DNA of 64,000 bases. Source: a virus. The first letter of the stretch is position 1. Every line of letters starts with the position of its first letter. The stretch is from positions 35,209 to 99,208 of the IMG/VR virus record IMGVR_UViG_3300023174_000002; one strand, given 5' to 3'. Made by a program: the position numbers and the translations under genes. Below the pieces are notes generated by a model. It saw only the letters and a list, made by a program, of their open reading frames with translations. It was not told the DNA's origin and searched no databases. Positions 12,001 through 22,100 of this stretch are shown in pieces.

Positions 12001-12921
12001 ATTATTAGCAGCAGTAAGGTCTGCTCTAATTACACCGTTAGCAAAAACAATATTATCACCAATACTAACATTTTTTATACCGCCATTAGCGTTACCCATC
12101 AGCAAGTCTGCACCGCTAGTAGGGCCTACATAGTCTACGCCTGCAGTTCCTGTAATAATTGCACCAGTACTATTGCCTTTTAATAATCCAGTACCTAGAT
12201 TTGCTCTACCAGTACCACCTGAAGTAACTGGTAGAGCATTGCCTGGTGAATAGCTTAAACCTATGTTACCATCAGCTGTAAGCGGGCTGCCTGATACACT
12301 TAAGAAAAAGTTATTAGGAGTACCCAAACCAACACTGGTCAGGGCACCCACTCCACCAAGACTAATAACAACTGTATTGTTAGGACCATTATCTCTGATA
12401 ATAATGCCAGTACCTTGTGTTAATACTCGTTCATTAGTTAACTGACCACTACTGCTCATAACTACAAAACTTTCTGTAGTTTTTGCAAGTCCTGTAGTTT
12501 TTAATGTATTATTATCAAGTATTAGTCCGGTATCTAATGTAACATTTTGAAAACCGCCTGCACCATCGCCTGCCAATAAATATTCGCCATCCGTAGGATT
12601 TTCATACACAAACTGACTTAGTTCGTCAGAAACAGTATATCCTAGTGGACTAGGGTCAATATTAGATACTAGTGCATATTTAACATAATATCTGCTATTA
12701 GGTACTAAATTAGGTATATGAACTTGTAAACTTAAACCATCATATACTAGGTTACCAATTGGAGGGCTCTGAGTAGTTAAATCTTCTCCAGAAGTTAAAT
12801 AACACCAAACTTTAACTGTATTTAAATCATTTCTAAATCTACCACTATAGGTATCTGTAGGAGAACTTATGCTTAAATTTAAGGATTTAATTCCAGGATT
12901 TAAATATGCTCTTACTGTCAT
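9064..12921 (-). CDS. Long tail fibre protein
   Basis: 1285 aa, many (I/V)ANGGTG fibre repeats, C-terminal KWLGG...DVYTFT domain typical of fibre tips. Confidence 0.8.
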   Translation of the reverse strand: MTVRAYLNPGIKSLNLSISSPTDTYSGRFRNDLNTVKVWCYLTSGEDLTTQSPPIGNLVYDGLSLQVHIPNLVPNSRYYVKYALVSNIDPSPLGYTVSDELSQFVYENPTDGEYLLAGDGAGGFQNVTLDTGLILDNNTLKTTGLAKTTESFVVMSSSGQLTNERVLTQGTGIIIRDNGPNNTVVISLGGVGALTSVGLGTPNNFFLSVSGSPLTADGNIGLSYSPGNALPVTSGGTGRANLGTGLLKGNSTGAIITGTAGVDYVGPTSGADLLMGNANGGIKNVSIGDNIVFANGVIRADLTAANNILYDLIIANPVLTAPPSISVPNTSNNASSNTASNIPRYTTPNIGVPSFAILTNATGLPLNTGTTGILNIANGGTNANTRDNARRNIMPLALGAGMAGWVLTLDNTGTDSYWEAPIDAKNVITTINTSAPLTAQKNLVSGGTSSQVNIALTGIVNVANGGTGANTASNARINLLPNYVTKGTKFLRVNAGETDVDWVDVPMPNLIGGYVTGTGNLGRSNAEANGTAQPSNILSLRSNYNNNNYPTAFGNMLTLGGEGDGQIYLAWPSTGGTGANVAVSADGYIRSRRDVSNSWSPWAKLITSVNYNTAGYFSNVAISGSYTDLLGKPLLANVAITGSYADLADKPNIPTAQVNSDWNATTGLAVILNKPNVPTKLSNLTDANTAGATTGQILIYNAAANVWRPGNVSTISGTANVAFAEQANTVLQTVQITQGGTGQTTRQAAINALAGNTSIGRYLRGDGANIVMSNIAASDLNGLTITANIIGNATTANTANTAGSISGIVAIANGGTGQSDRQKAINELTNNILTAGTVLQINAQGNAVMSAITSAMLTGLTLSANVTGSAGSVTSTVGIGLGGTGQVTRQNAINGLFNNVVTSGTYARGDGTNITMSGIQAADVPLLNQSTTGSAGSLVSTYIVPATQGGTGQGGTSAYTIGDMLYASSNIALSKLAAAAAGNVLLTQGANTSPIWGKVNLATMTTGQLPATQGGTGTSSGSTGTGNVVLSSNATLVSPALGTPTSITLTNATGLPLGGTGVTGILNIANGGTGKSSWGTGIVKYSGTAFATAVAGTDFAGPTSGSNIIAGNGAGGFTAVALGGPLSYTGGVLSSTALDPSFSYTWTALQTFNKSLFVAPTEIIAINTTSPNGTNCTLNAIIAPIMWTTANPTANWTLNITGVSTLLATNNRSLSIVHLVSNGTPAYYQAALSIDSVAQSASSIKWLGGIVPSSGGASSVDVYTFTILKDSGGVYTIIASVARYA

Positions 12922-12930
12922 AATAATCCT

Positions 12931-15900
12931 TTATTTTATATGAGTCACAGTTACTACTCCTAGTGAACTAGTACGACTATAATTGTTGTTTGTGTCTACG
13001 GTTCTGCAAGCAACTCTGTACTGAACTCCAGTATAAGTAAGCCTGGGCGTAGGGTTTATGCCAGTACCTAAACTAAATTCAATAAGATTAATTCTGCCGG
13101 GACCGCGGCTTTGAACTGTTTTTATATCATCTAATCCAGAACCTAATTCCCAAAAATCTCCAGTTCCTGGGTTTCTATACACTCTGTATTCAAAAGTTTT
13201 AAAATCACTGTTTTCTAGTAAGTCAAAATTTTGTGGAGTAACGTAAATATAGTGATCGTCTAATAAAACATCTACTATAGGAGGTTCTAGATAATTTCCA
13301 CCAGTTTTTCCAGTAATAGAAACTGTAACAGGTGGATATGACCAAGGTCCGACAATGCTACCAGTTGCATTAGAGTACCTTGTTTTAAGCTTATACCCTG
13401 TACTAGAAATCAGTCCTGGTACAGTAAAAGCGCTTTGTGATTTATCAACTGTCATGACTCCGGTTAGGGTGTCGTCATTAAATTGAGCGTCTGCTTCAAC
13501 AATAGCAAGTTGGATTTTAGTTGCTAATGCTGGAAGCCCTGTAGGATGGCCAATGGCTACAATTAGTGTATTTTGATAAACACCAGGAGATATTTGTACT
13601 GCATATAGTGGATCACTACTTGTATCAATAATAATTGGTGTTTGAACAATGCGCTGTATTAATACATCAGTATGCGATCCAGTAATATTTGGTAAAAATA
13701 CATCGTTAGCAAAATTATCATCATACAGTGTTGGCGAATAATCTGTAAGCGTAAGTTTAGCAGTATTATTATTTTGTGTTTCAACACTTAGCACAACTAA
13801 TTCTTGAGAATCTGTATATGTAGTAGGTACTAGCGTAGTAGTAATTCCTAACATATATAAATTATCTACTGTTGGTGGAGTAGATAATGTTAATAGTTGT
13901 TCACCAATAGTTATTTCATTTGTATACTGTGGAGCACCAATAGTTACTGGAGTACTAAAGGTTTTTACTATTGCACCTTGTATAGTTCTGATTCTAATAA
14001 TGTAAATTTTACTAGGCTCTATATAGAACTCTTCGCTTAAGGTTAGTTTAGTAGTGTTAGCAGTAGGATTTTCAATTTTTATAATTCTACCGGTTCCAAT
14101 ACCCCACTCAGGAATATCGTGTGAAACTCGTACTAAATCGCCTCTGGTACATACCAAGTGCTCAAAATCTACATTAATACTGTATGTTTCTGGTCGTAGC
14201 TTTGCTTGTGCTAAATGAAATTTAGCTAAATATATTGCTTGAGCTTTATTAGTTACACCGGGAAAATTTATTTGTTCATAAATTTTTGCAGTTGATTCTG
14301 TAAAACCTTCTCTATATACAAAAAACTCATCTGGTTGATAGGCTTTAGACTCATCTTGAATAGTAACTCTTAACGCATCAGGAAGTCTAGGTATTGCTTT
14401 TGTGGATTCAAATCCCCAACTATTATGAGGTGTAAAATGTTGTGTTACATATTGTCTAGGTCTATCAATAACAACTGTCCACTTACCATTTACAATTGCT
14501 GGACTAGCAAGACCTGCAGCACAAATATCTCTAAGAGTGTCCATTACGCTTTGAGTATTTGTAATTACATTATTAAAAGCTAGTTTTTTAACAAAGCAAA
14601 ATGTATGCCATTCCTGTAGTTTTAATAAATCAATTTCTGCACTTACCCTTGTTACAGGTATTGCATAAGCATTAGCACAATGTGTAAGCACATAAATAAA
14701 TAAACTAGCGGGATTATTTGTTGCTTGATTCGGTATCCAGTTAGTACCGTTTGATAAGGTATTAACAGGAATATTAGGATTAGTATTATTCCAACCAGTG
14801 CCATTCCAATCATAAGTTTTAGTAGTTACTAGTGCATTAATTCCATCTACAGTACCATTAATTTTTCCTGTGCTTTCAAGTCTAATTGCACTTTTTGCTA
14901 AGTAACATCCAGGTGGATTAGTAGTAGGACCATTATTGCTAAATCCGGTTAAGGAATTAACTTGTACAGTATTGAATAATCTAAGATCACCCTCTTCGTC
15001 TTTATCAGTATTTGCTCTACGCACTCTAATATCATACTGTGCTTTTGGAAGATTATAAAACCAATAAGTATAGTTAAATGGATCTTTTCGCTTTTCATAA
15101 GTACCAGCAATACCTATTGAAATTGTATTAGTAGTTTGTGGATTAGGATTTAAATCCCCTCCTGCAATATAGGTAATTTTTAGTGCAACTCGCCCAGCAT
15201 AAGAATTACCGCCTGCACTAAAACTAGCGTCACCTCTACTAATCAATCTTAAGTTTCTAACGCCTTGTGTAACATTTAGCGAAGTTGTAAATCTGGTTCC
15301 AAAAAAATTATTTTCAATATTAAGTACAGGAGTAATATCTTCTGGATTTAAAGGTAATTTTGATGTTCCTGCCGTATATTCTGGAAGTATAGATCCTATT
15401 CCTGGAGTTCCAGACCCTACTGGTGTGGCCACAAGACTAAGATCATCATTACTATTGCCAGGACTACTGTAATCACTACCAGCAACATATAAAGTTGCAG
15501 AACCTACTACAGCCATTTCAATATTATAATATCCAGTAGTAGGAAATGTTACGGCTGCATTTAAATCTATAACGTTGTTTCCGCTTGTTGCCCAGACCCC
15601 ACTACTAATTAGCAAAGGAGACCAAGTTGAAAGAGTATTGGTACTACTACTATAGGCATTAACATTACTAAAACTAGTGGAGTTAAATATTAAGTTTTCC
15701 GCACCAGTTTGATAATTTGTGGTTAAACCTAATAATTTTCCACCATTAAGAGTTACAGCTACAGCAGTAGGTGTTGATTGTACCCAGTCAAGTCCACTAG
15801 TGCTGTTGTTAACAATAGTAAGATTTAAACCACTATAGTTAACGTCTACTGTACCACGATAATCTACTGGAGTACCAAAAAGTCCTGTACCAGTTTTTAA

Positions 15901-17805
15901 ACAAAAATCATAAATCTTTATATCGCCTTGAGGTATTTGCGGTTTAACAACGTATAAGTAAGTACTTGAAGGCCCTGGGTATGACCAGTACACATTAAAA
16001 TTAGTACCATTGGGTTGGTGATTAGTATTTTGATTTTGTAAACTAGCGTATACTACTCCGCCATATTTAACTAAATCACCAATAGCATATGTGCCAGTAC
16101 TTGACCAAGGTTGAGCAACTAGTGATAAACTTGCAAAGTTTTTCTGATAATAATACGTTTTTATATTATAAGGTATAACAGTATCAGTAGGATTAAGAGT
16201 AGGGGTTCCTGCTGATAGTGTAAGTCTACCTCCTTGTCCAATACTAATAGTATGCCATTGGTATAGTGTTGGGTAGTCTGGATTAGTACTGGTTTCGGGA
16301 AAATCAATAGGTGTTGGAACAGACACTATCCAATTTTTAACCTGACTATTTAATAAATTTGAGCTAACTGCTGTAGCATACGCACCTTGAGTAACCCATG
16401 TATTATTTATACTTACGCCGTCTGCTTGATAATGAGGCTTATATTGAACTTCTATATCTGTTCGTGCAGTATGAATTGAACCATCTTTTACATTAACTGC
16501 TCTACAACCCTGTGGAAATGTAAAACTGAGTGCCATGCTGGTAACTTGATCAGTTAAATTAATTTCAGTCCAAGGGTTTCCAAGCGTATCATTATTTACT
16601 AACTCTACTGGACCACCTGCACTTGCATATACTTGTTGAATTTCTTGACCATAAATACTGTTAAAACTATCTTGATCTTCTGTTGGATAACCGTATAGAT
16701 GTGCTGGAGCTAATTGGCTTAGTGTACCAGTAGTTAAGTCGTTGTAAAAACTAGTCAGTGGTATAGTACCAATTTGCAAATCTTCAATTGCTAATGGGCC
16801 AAATCCCCAAATTAATAGTGTGGTAATATTATTACTATTTTCTAGACTATGAATATATGGTTGTGCACCAAGTATACCTGTCATGCGTACTTTGCCTAAT
16901 ACAACAGGAATTGCTCCAAATCTATTCATCTGGTTACTTGTACCATTGAATAAATTTAAGGTGCCTGGTGTACCAGGATCATTTACACTAGGATTTCTAA
17001 CCGGTGCAATTGCATTGATTAATCTGCCACCAATATAACTAATTGCAAAAGCTGTAGCTACATACGCTGCAGTATATGCAAGTGTACCTTGAGCCCCTGC
17101 CATTAACGCAACTTGTGGAGCAAAATATGCTACGGCTACAACTAATGCAATTGTTGCTAAAGCTCTTACGGCACGTTTACCTGCTAGTACCCTATATGCA
17201 ATAGTTTCGCCCGGCAATAATGTTTTAGTATGCCAGTGTGTTTTATCTACTGGTACGCCATCAACAAGTATAATAATTCTTTCAAATAATCTATCACCAA
17301 TTTGATATTTTTGTTTAATATAAACACTTAATTCTTCTAGAGTTTTTCCAGCTATTACCCAATCTGTAACTACTTCTTGAGTTCGTAGTGGATGTGGCGC
17401 TCCAGTTAGCTGAACTGTTTTAGAAGAGTATCTATAAATACCTTCTAGTCGTTTTGACCAATTAGAATTATTTAATGATTCAACTATACTGGTTTGACCC
17501 TCATTGATATGTAAAAAATTATTGTTACCAATGTAAATACCAATATGAGTAGGCTGACCTAAAATTTTAAATACGCATAAATCTGGTATTTCTGGCGTAG
17601 TAACCAATTGCCAAGACTCTTTTTGAATATTTACTAGTTCACGAATATTTTTGCCACTGTCACCATCATAGTCTTCGATTAAACTTGGTAAATCAATGCC
17701 AAATTGTTCCGAATATATTAGACGTGCTAATCCCCAGCAATCCGTACCAGAATGCTCTCTGCCATTATGTTTATAAGGTAATCCTATGTACTTATTATGC
17801 CACAT
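12931..17805 (-). CDS. Fused NlpC/P60 (gpK-like) + gpI-like + central tail fibre/host-specificity (gpJ-like) tail-tip protein
   Basis: N-terminal YIGLPY..GR...G.DCWGL..HIGIY NlpC/P60 motif; IPVVLG, NNPA, GDLVRVSH gpJ motifs; FN3-like C-terminus. Confidence 0.85.
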   Translation of the reverse strand: MWHNKYIGLPYKHNGREHSGTDCWGLARLIYSEQFGIDLPSLIEDYDGDSGKNIRELVNIQKESWQLVTTPEIPDLCVFKILGQPTHIGIYIGNNNFLHINEGQTSIVESLNNSNWSKRLEGIYRYSSKTVQLTGAPHPLRTQEVVTDWVIAGKTLEELSVYIKQKYQIGDRLFERIIILVDGVPVDKTHWHTKTLLPGETIAYRVLAGKRAVRALATIALVVAVAYFAPQVALMAGAQGTLAYTAAYVATAFAISYIGGRLINAIAPVRNPSVNDPGTPGTLNLFNGTSNQMNRFGAIPVVLGKVRMTGILGAQPYIHSLENSNNITTLLIWGFGPLAIEDLQIGTIPLTSFYNDLTTGTLSQLAPAHLYGYPTEDQDSFNSIYGQEIQQVYASAGGPVELVNNDTLGNPWTEINLTDQVTSMALSFTFPQGCRAVNVKDGSIHTARTDIEVQYKPHYQADGVSINNTWVTQGAYATAVSSNLLNSQVKNWIVSVPTPIDFPETSTNPDYPTLYQWHTISIGQGGRLTLSAGTPTLNPTDTVIPYNIKTYYYQKNFASLSLVAQPWSSTGTYAIGDLVKYGGVVYASLQNQNTNHQPNGTNFNVYWSYPGPSSTYLYVVKPQIPQGDIKIYDFCLKTGTGLFGTPVDYRGTVDVNYSGLNLTIVNNSTSGLDWVQSTPTAVAVTLNGGKLLGLTTNYQTGAENLIFNSTSFSNVNAYSSSTNTLSTWSPLLISSGVWATSGNNVIDLNAAVTFPTTGYYNIEMAVVGSATLYVAGSDYSSPGNSNDDLSLVATPVGSGTPGIGSILPEYTAGTSKLPLNPEDITPVLNIENNFFGTRFTTSLNVTQGVRNLRLISRGDASFSAGGNSYAGRVALKITYIAGGDLNPNPQTTNTISIGIAGTYEKRKDPFNYTYWFYNLPKAQYDIRVRRANTDKDEEGDLRLFNTVQVNSLTGFSNNGPTTNPPGCYLAKSAIRLESTGKINGTVDGINALVTTKTYDWNGTGWNNTNPNIPVNTLSNGTNWIPNQATNNPASLFIYVLTHCANAYAIPVTRVSAEIDLLKLQEWHTFCFVKKLAFNNVITNTQSVMDTLRDICAAGLASPAIVNGKWTVVIDRPRQYVTQHFTPHNSWGFESTKAIPRLPDALRVTIQDESKAYQPDEFFVYREGFTESTAKIYEQINFPGVTNKAQAIYLAKFHLAQAKLRPETYSINVDFEHLVCTRGDLVRVSHDIPEWGIGTGRIIKIENPTANTTKLTLSEEFYIEPSKIYIIRIRTIQGAIVKTFSTPVTIGAPQYTNEITIGEQLLTLSTPPTVDNLYMLGITTTLVPTTYTDSQELVVLSVETQNNNTAKLTLTDYSPTLYDDNFANDVFLPNITGSHTDVLIQRIVQTPIIIDTSSDPLYAVQISPGVYQNTLIVAIGHPTGLPALATKIQLAIVEADAQFNDDTLTGVMTVDKSQSAFTVPGLISSTGYKLKTRYSNATGSIVGPWSYPPVTVSITGKTGGNYLEPPIVDVLLDDHYIYVTPQNFDLLENSDFKTFEYRVYRNPGTGDFWELGSGLDDIKTVQSRGPGRINLIEFSLGTGINPTPRLTYTGVQYRVACRTVDTNNNYSRTSSLGVVTVTHIK

Positions 17806-18815
17806 TAGAACAATCCTGGAAAATATTTTGGGGAAAAATTATAGGCAGGAAAAGGTTCTGTACTATAATTAATCATGCTAAGCTGAAGGTTAACGCCTTG
17901 AGCACTGTAAGTTACGCCGGTTATATAAAAATTTGAAAAAGATGCTTCTACATAACTGGGATTATCAGATAGTACAAGTTGTAGTAGGATTTTAGCAGGC
18001 GAATTTAAGTTAGTTCTAATAAATTCAATTAATTCTTTATTAGCATAATTAATACTAATATTACAACTAGAACTGCCATCATCGCTTTCACCTGGCAGCG
18101 TAATTTCCATTGGAAAATAAATAAAAGTACTATTAGTAATAAAATTACCACCAGTATTATAAGCACTATTTAAGGTATACTGTGCAAGAAATCCAGCACT
18201 ACCACTAGTAATTATTTCTCTAGGTGTAACATAGGCCCCGCCTTTTATACCAATTACTGTATGCGTAACCCTGCTTGGACCCCAAGTACTAGTTGCTGTA
18301 GTTTTAAACTGTTGGTTAATATAGTCTCTGGTTGACTGATCTAGCGATGTGGCATCCCAACTACCAATAGATACCAACTTTCCAGTTGGTATGTTTTGAA
18401 GAGCACTTTTAAGTTGTTGAGAATTACCGGCACCATAAGTATCATAGGTATTAGTACTTTCAACGGCAAAAGTAGTTGGATTTATTACCATAACACTGTG
18501 GCCGCGACCAAAAGTATAATTAACTGTTGTGCCGTTAATTTTAAAATAACTATATAATGGGCTTGTAGTACCATCAAAGTCGCTGCTTTGAACGTCTACA
18601 GTACCTAAACTATTAGCTCCACCTACCATACTAACACCGTATACCACATCCGTATCAGTAGTATATTCGTTTAGTCTTTGTGTAAAATTATCGGCTAAAT
18701 GTAAAACTTCAGTTGTATTATCTTTAGGGTCGTATACAGTTAATAATAATATTACTGCCTCTTCAGTTTCTGAAGAGTACATAGCCTGTATAGCTGATTG
18801 GCTTAATCCTCTCAT
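17805..18815 (-). CDS. DUF1833/gpL-like tail-tip protein with inserted ILEI/PANDER-like domain
   Basis: FIYFPMEITLP...EPFPAYNFSPKYFPGLF DUF1833 signature, split by GRGHSVMVINP..TYDTY..IPTGKLVSIGSWD. Confidence 0.7.
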   Translation of the reverse strand: MRGLSQSAIQAMYSSETEEAVILLLTVYDPKDNTTEVLHLADNFTQRLNEYTTDTDVVYGVSMVGGANSLGTVDVQSSDFDGTTSPLYSYFKINGTTVNYTFGRGHSVMVINPTTFAVESTNTYDTYGAGNSQQLKSALQNIPTGKLVSIGSWDATSLDQSTRDYINQQFKTTATSTWGPSRVTHTVIGIKGGAYVTPREIITSGSAGFLAQYTLNSAYNTGGNFITNSTFIYFPMEITLPGESDDGSSSCNISINYANKELIEFIRTNLNSPAKILLQLVLSDNPSYVEASFSNFYITGVTYSAQGVNLQLSMINYSTEPFPAYNFSPKYFPGLF

Positions 18816-19183
18816 GGCAATATTTCAAAAGTTAAACTAGCACTCCAGTATCCGGGTGCTAGGTATGTTAGTGTGTAAAATTCACCTTCGCCTTGAGGTA
18901 TAATTCTGGCTTCTACTGTAGTTCCCAACAATCGTGGATGTGGAAAGTTAAACCTTGCCACACCACGAATGTCGCTTTTTATAAAAGTTTCCAAAGTTTG
19001 CGTTTGCGCTGTAGTTAGGATAAAGCTAAGATTCATAGTGCTAGTTCTAGCATTACGCCTGCGAACCTTAGCAGGACCCATATCCATAGGACTTCTAATA
19101 ACACCTACTTGTACTGTTTCCTGAAAGCCCTTTTGTGGTACTTGTGGAAAACCATTTGCAGTAGGCCAATTAATAACAGCCAT
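18812..19183 (-). CDS. Distal tail protein (lambda gpM-like)
   Basis: IRSPMDMGPAKVRRR...FNFPHP motif; directly after the tape measure gene. Confidence 0.75.
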   Translation of the reverse strand: MAVINWPTANGFPQVPQKGFQETVQVGVIRSPMDMGPAKVRRRNARTSTMNLSFILTTAQTQTLETFIKSDIRGVARFNFPHPRLLGTTVEARIIPQGEGEFYTLTYLAPGYWSASLTFEILP

Positions 19184-19186
19184 AGA

Positions 19187-22100
19187 TTATCTCCTTGCTA
19201 GCGCAGGTCTATTACCATATACTGCACCCATAGTTTGTTGTAGTGTACTATTTTTACTAGCAACTTGTCTTGCTACTATATCACCAATAGTTATTTCAAT
19301 ACTGCGATTACCACGACCATCTGTAGCTTCATTAGTCTGTACTTCTGCACTAGTATTATTATTAATAACAATATTTACATGAGATCCAGCGTTGCCGCCA
19401 TCAGTTCTAACTCCAAGATTGCCGCTACTATCTCGCATTAGTGGCATAATGGCTTCGGGACCGGCTTCACCCATTAAACCAGTGCCTTGAGCAAATTTAA
19501 ACATAGTAGGTTCATTTACTACGCTGTTAGTAAAACTACCGCCTCTAGCAAATGGGTGTACAGTATAACCTTCTTCAAATGCTCCGCCTTTGGCAAACTT
19601 ATTACTACGCTCATCAAAAGCAGCACCTTTAGCAGCAAAACTAAAAGCATCCATTGCATATGTGCCGCTAGAGCCAGTAACACTACCTGCATTACCACCA
19701 AAAAAGCTACCAAAAATATTTGATAAACTAAATCCACCACCGCCACTAGCAGCACCTTGACCAGGTATAGCAGGACCGCCAAGACCTAAACCAGGACGAA
19801 TATGTTGTTGATATTGTTGAAATAAGAACAGTCGTAATTCATACCTAGCTAAATCTTTGATAAAACTATCAATTAAGTCGCTAAAATTGCCTTTACCGGT
19901 ATTAACAAAATCAATAATAGAATCTGCCATGCCATCAAACATTTTAATAAATGCATCATTATAAGCTTTTTGGCGTTCATTCATAGAATATTGCAAATCC
20001 ATTGCAGCTTTTCTACCTGCCATAGTTTGTGCAATATTTTTCATCTCATTTTGATGAGATTGCTCAATAAATTTAGCTTTATCATTTAATAGGGTTAAAT
20101 CAGCATTTGCATCGGCTGCTAAAGTTCTTTTAATTGCGGCAGCATTTTCTAATTTTGCCTGTGTATAGCGATCATCTTCGGCTCGTTTAGCAGCAGTTGT
20201 ATCTGCTTCTAGTTTACCATAATCAATAATTTTTTGTTGGTCTTGAATTTGTTGTGGTGTTAACATATTAAGACTTTGTTGTGCTGATAACATTTGGCTC
20301 TTATTATCTAAAGCAATTTGAGTTGCTTTATTTCCTTGTTCAGCCAAAGTATTTTCCATCTGTAGTCGCTGTAAATCCCCAGCAAGTTTATTATTAATTA
20401 CAGCTTGTGCTTGTTTTACTTCAAAACTTTTTTGATCTAATCCTAAAGACTTTCGTAAATTATCTATTCTGACCTGCTCATTATTATATGCAGTAGGGTC
20501 AAAATCTATACCAGCAATAGCAGACTTTATTTTTAACTCTACCATTAGTCTTTGATTAATTAGATCTATATCATCAAGTTCTTGTTGGCGACGTCTAAAG
20601 CCTTCGTCTGCAATTTCTTTTTCTAGAGCTAAACGGTTTTCTAAAACTTTATCGGTTAGATAGGGCATATTGCTATCACTTAAACTATTAAGTTCTTGCT
20701 GTGATTTTAATCTAGCCATTGCAGCATCAGCTAATTTATTTTCGTATTCTCTAACTTGTTTTAGTAGATTAATTTCTGCATTTCGTGCATCTAGAAATTT
20801 TTGTTGTATATTATTTTTAGCATTAGCGGCGCTAGCACTCTCAAACTCTAGTTTTAATCTACCTTGAGCACGTTCGTATTCTGTAACCTCAGATGTTTTA
20901 TTAGCTGCTTTAGCTTGAGCAATTTTTGTTTGAAAATCAAGATACTGTTTAACGTAATTATCTTGCAATGAATTTTGTTGTTGCTGATAATCTAACTCAG
21001 TTCTACGTTCTTGAGTTAATTTTTGTGCAGCTGCTAACTCTGTTCCAGTTAATAAACCAGCATTATTATATAACTCTGTAACACTAGTTAGATAGGCAAG
21101 ATCTTGCCGTTGCTGTTGTATGGCAATATCGCGCATCTTATTTTGATGTTCAATTTCACGAGTAATAGCTGCATAAGCCCTACTAATTTCTTCTTGAGCT
21201 TTTTTAATTTGTGCAAGCTGATCTTGTTGTTTTTGTTGATTTTCTAGAGTATTTTTTTGACTTACTAAATCAGTTCTGCTTTTTTGAACAGCAGCCAACA
21301 ACTCTTTATCAGCACCATTTTTCTTTAATTGTTGAATTCTTAAGTCATCTTGAGCAATTTTATCAGTAATTGCTTTCATAGCAATTTCATTGTCTTTTAG
21401 CCTAACTGCATCTTCTAGTTGATCTCTACGTAACTTACCGCCTTCGCTTAAAAAGTCTAGTGATATACCTTCGCGATTAAAGGACTCTAACTCAAATTGT
21501 GCTTGTGTACGTTCCGCGGCTAATATACGTCCTCGTACTGCTTGTTGTTCTTGCAAAACACCTAATTGTTTTTTAAGTGATATTTCACTAGCTTTTCCAT
21601 TTAATGCAGCATTTTGTGCATTAATACCTTGATTAATTTGCCTAGATTCCATTGCATAACGTAATGCTGCTGGAGATAAGTTTTTATCTTCTGGTCCAAC
21701 GTCTTTGCCTTTTTGAACTGATTCTAGTACTTTACTTAAATCTTCTTGAGCTTTTTTATTTGCTCCTCTAGATTCTGTTGTAGCACCACCTGCTAATTCT
21801 TGTTTAATAGCTTCCAACTGTAAAAGTTGTTGCTCTTGAATAATTTTTGCTTCAAGTCCTTGTCTAACAATATTAGCTGTTAAATTTAACTGTTCTTTTT
21901 GAATAGCAAGATCTTTTGAATCTAATCTTGCTTGAGCCTCTGCCGTACCTGGGCCGCTCATACCACTTATAATTGCTCGTTCAATTCCTACTTGAGCTTG
22001 TCGCCTAGCCAATTCAGTTTTTTTATCTAATATGTCAAATGCTCGGGTAAGTATAACATCTACTATATTATTTAGTTGACCTTGAATTTTACCAATACTT

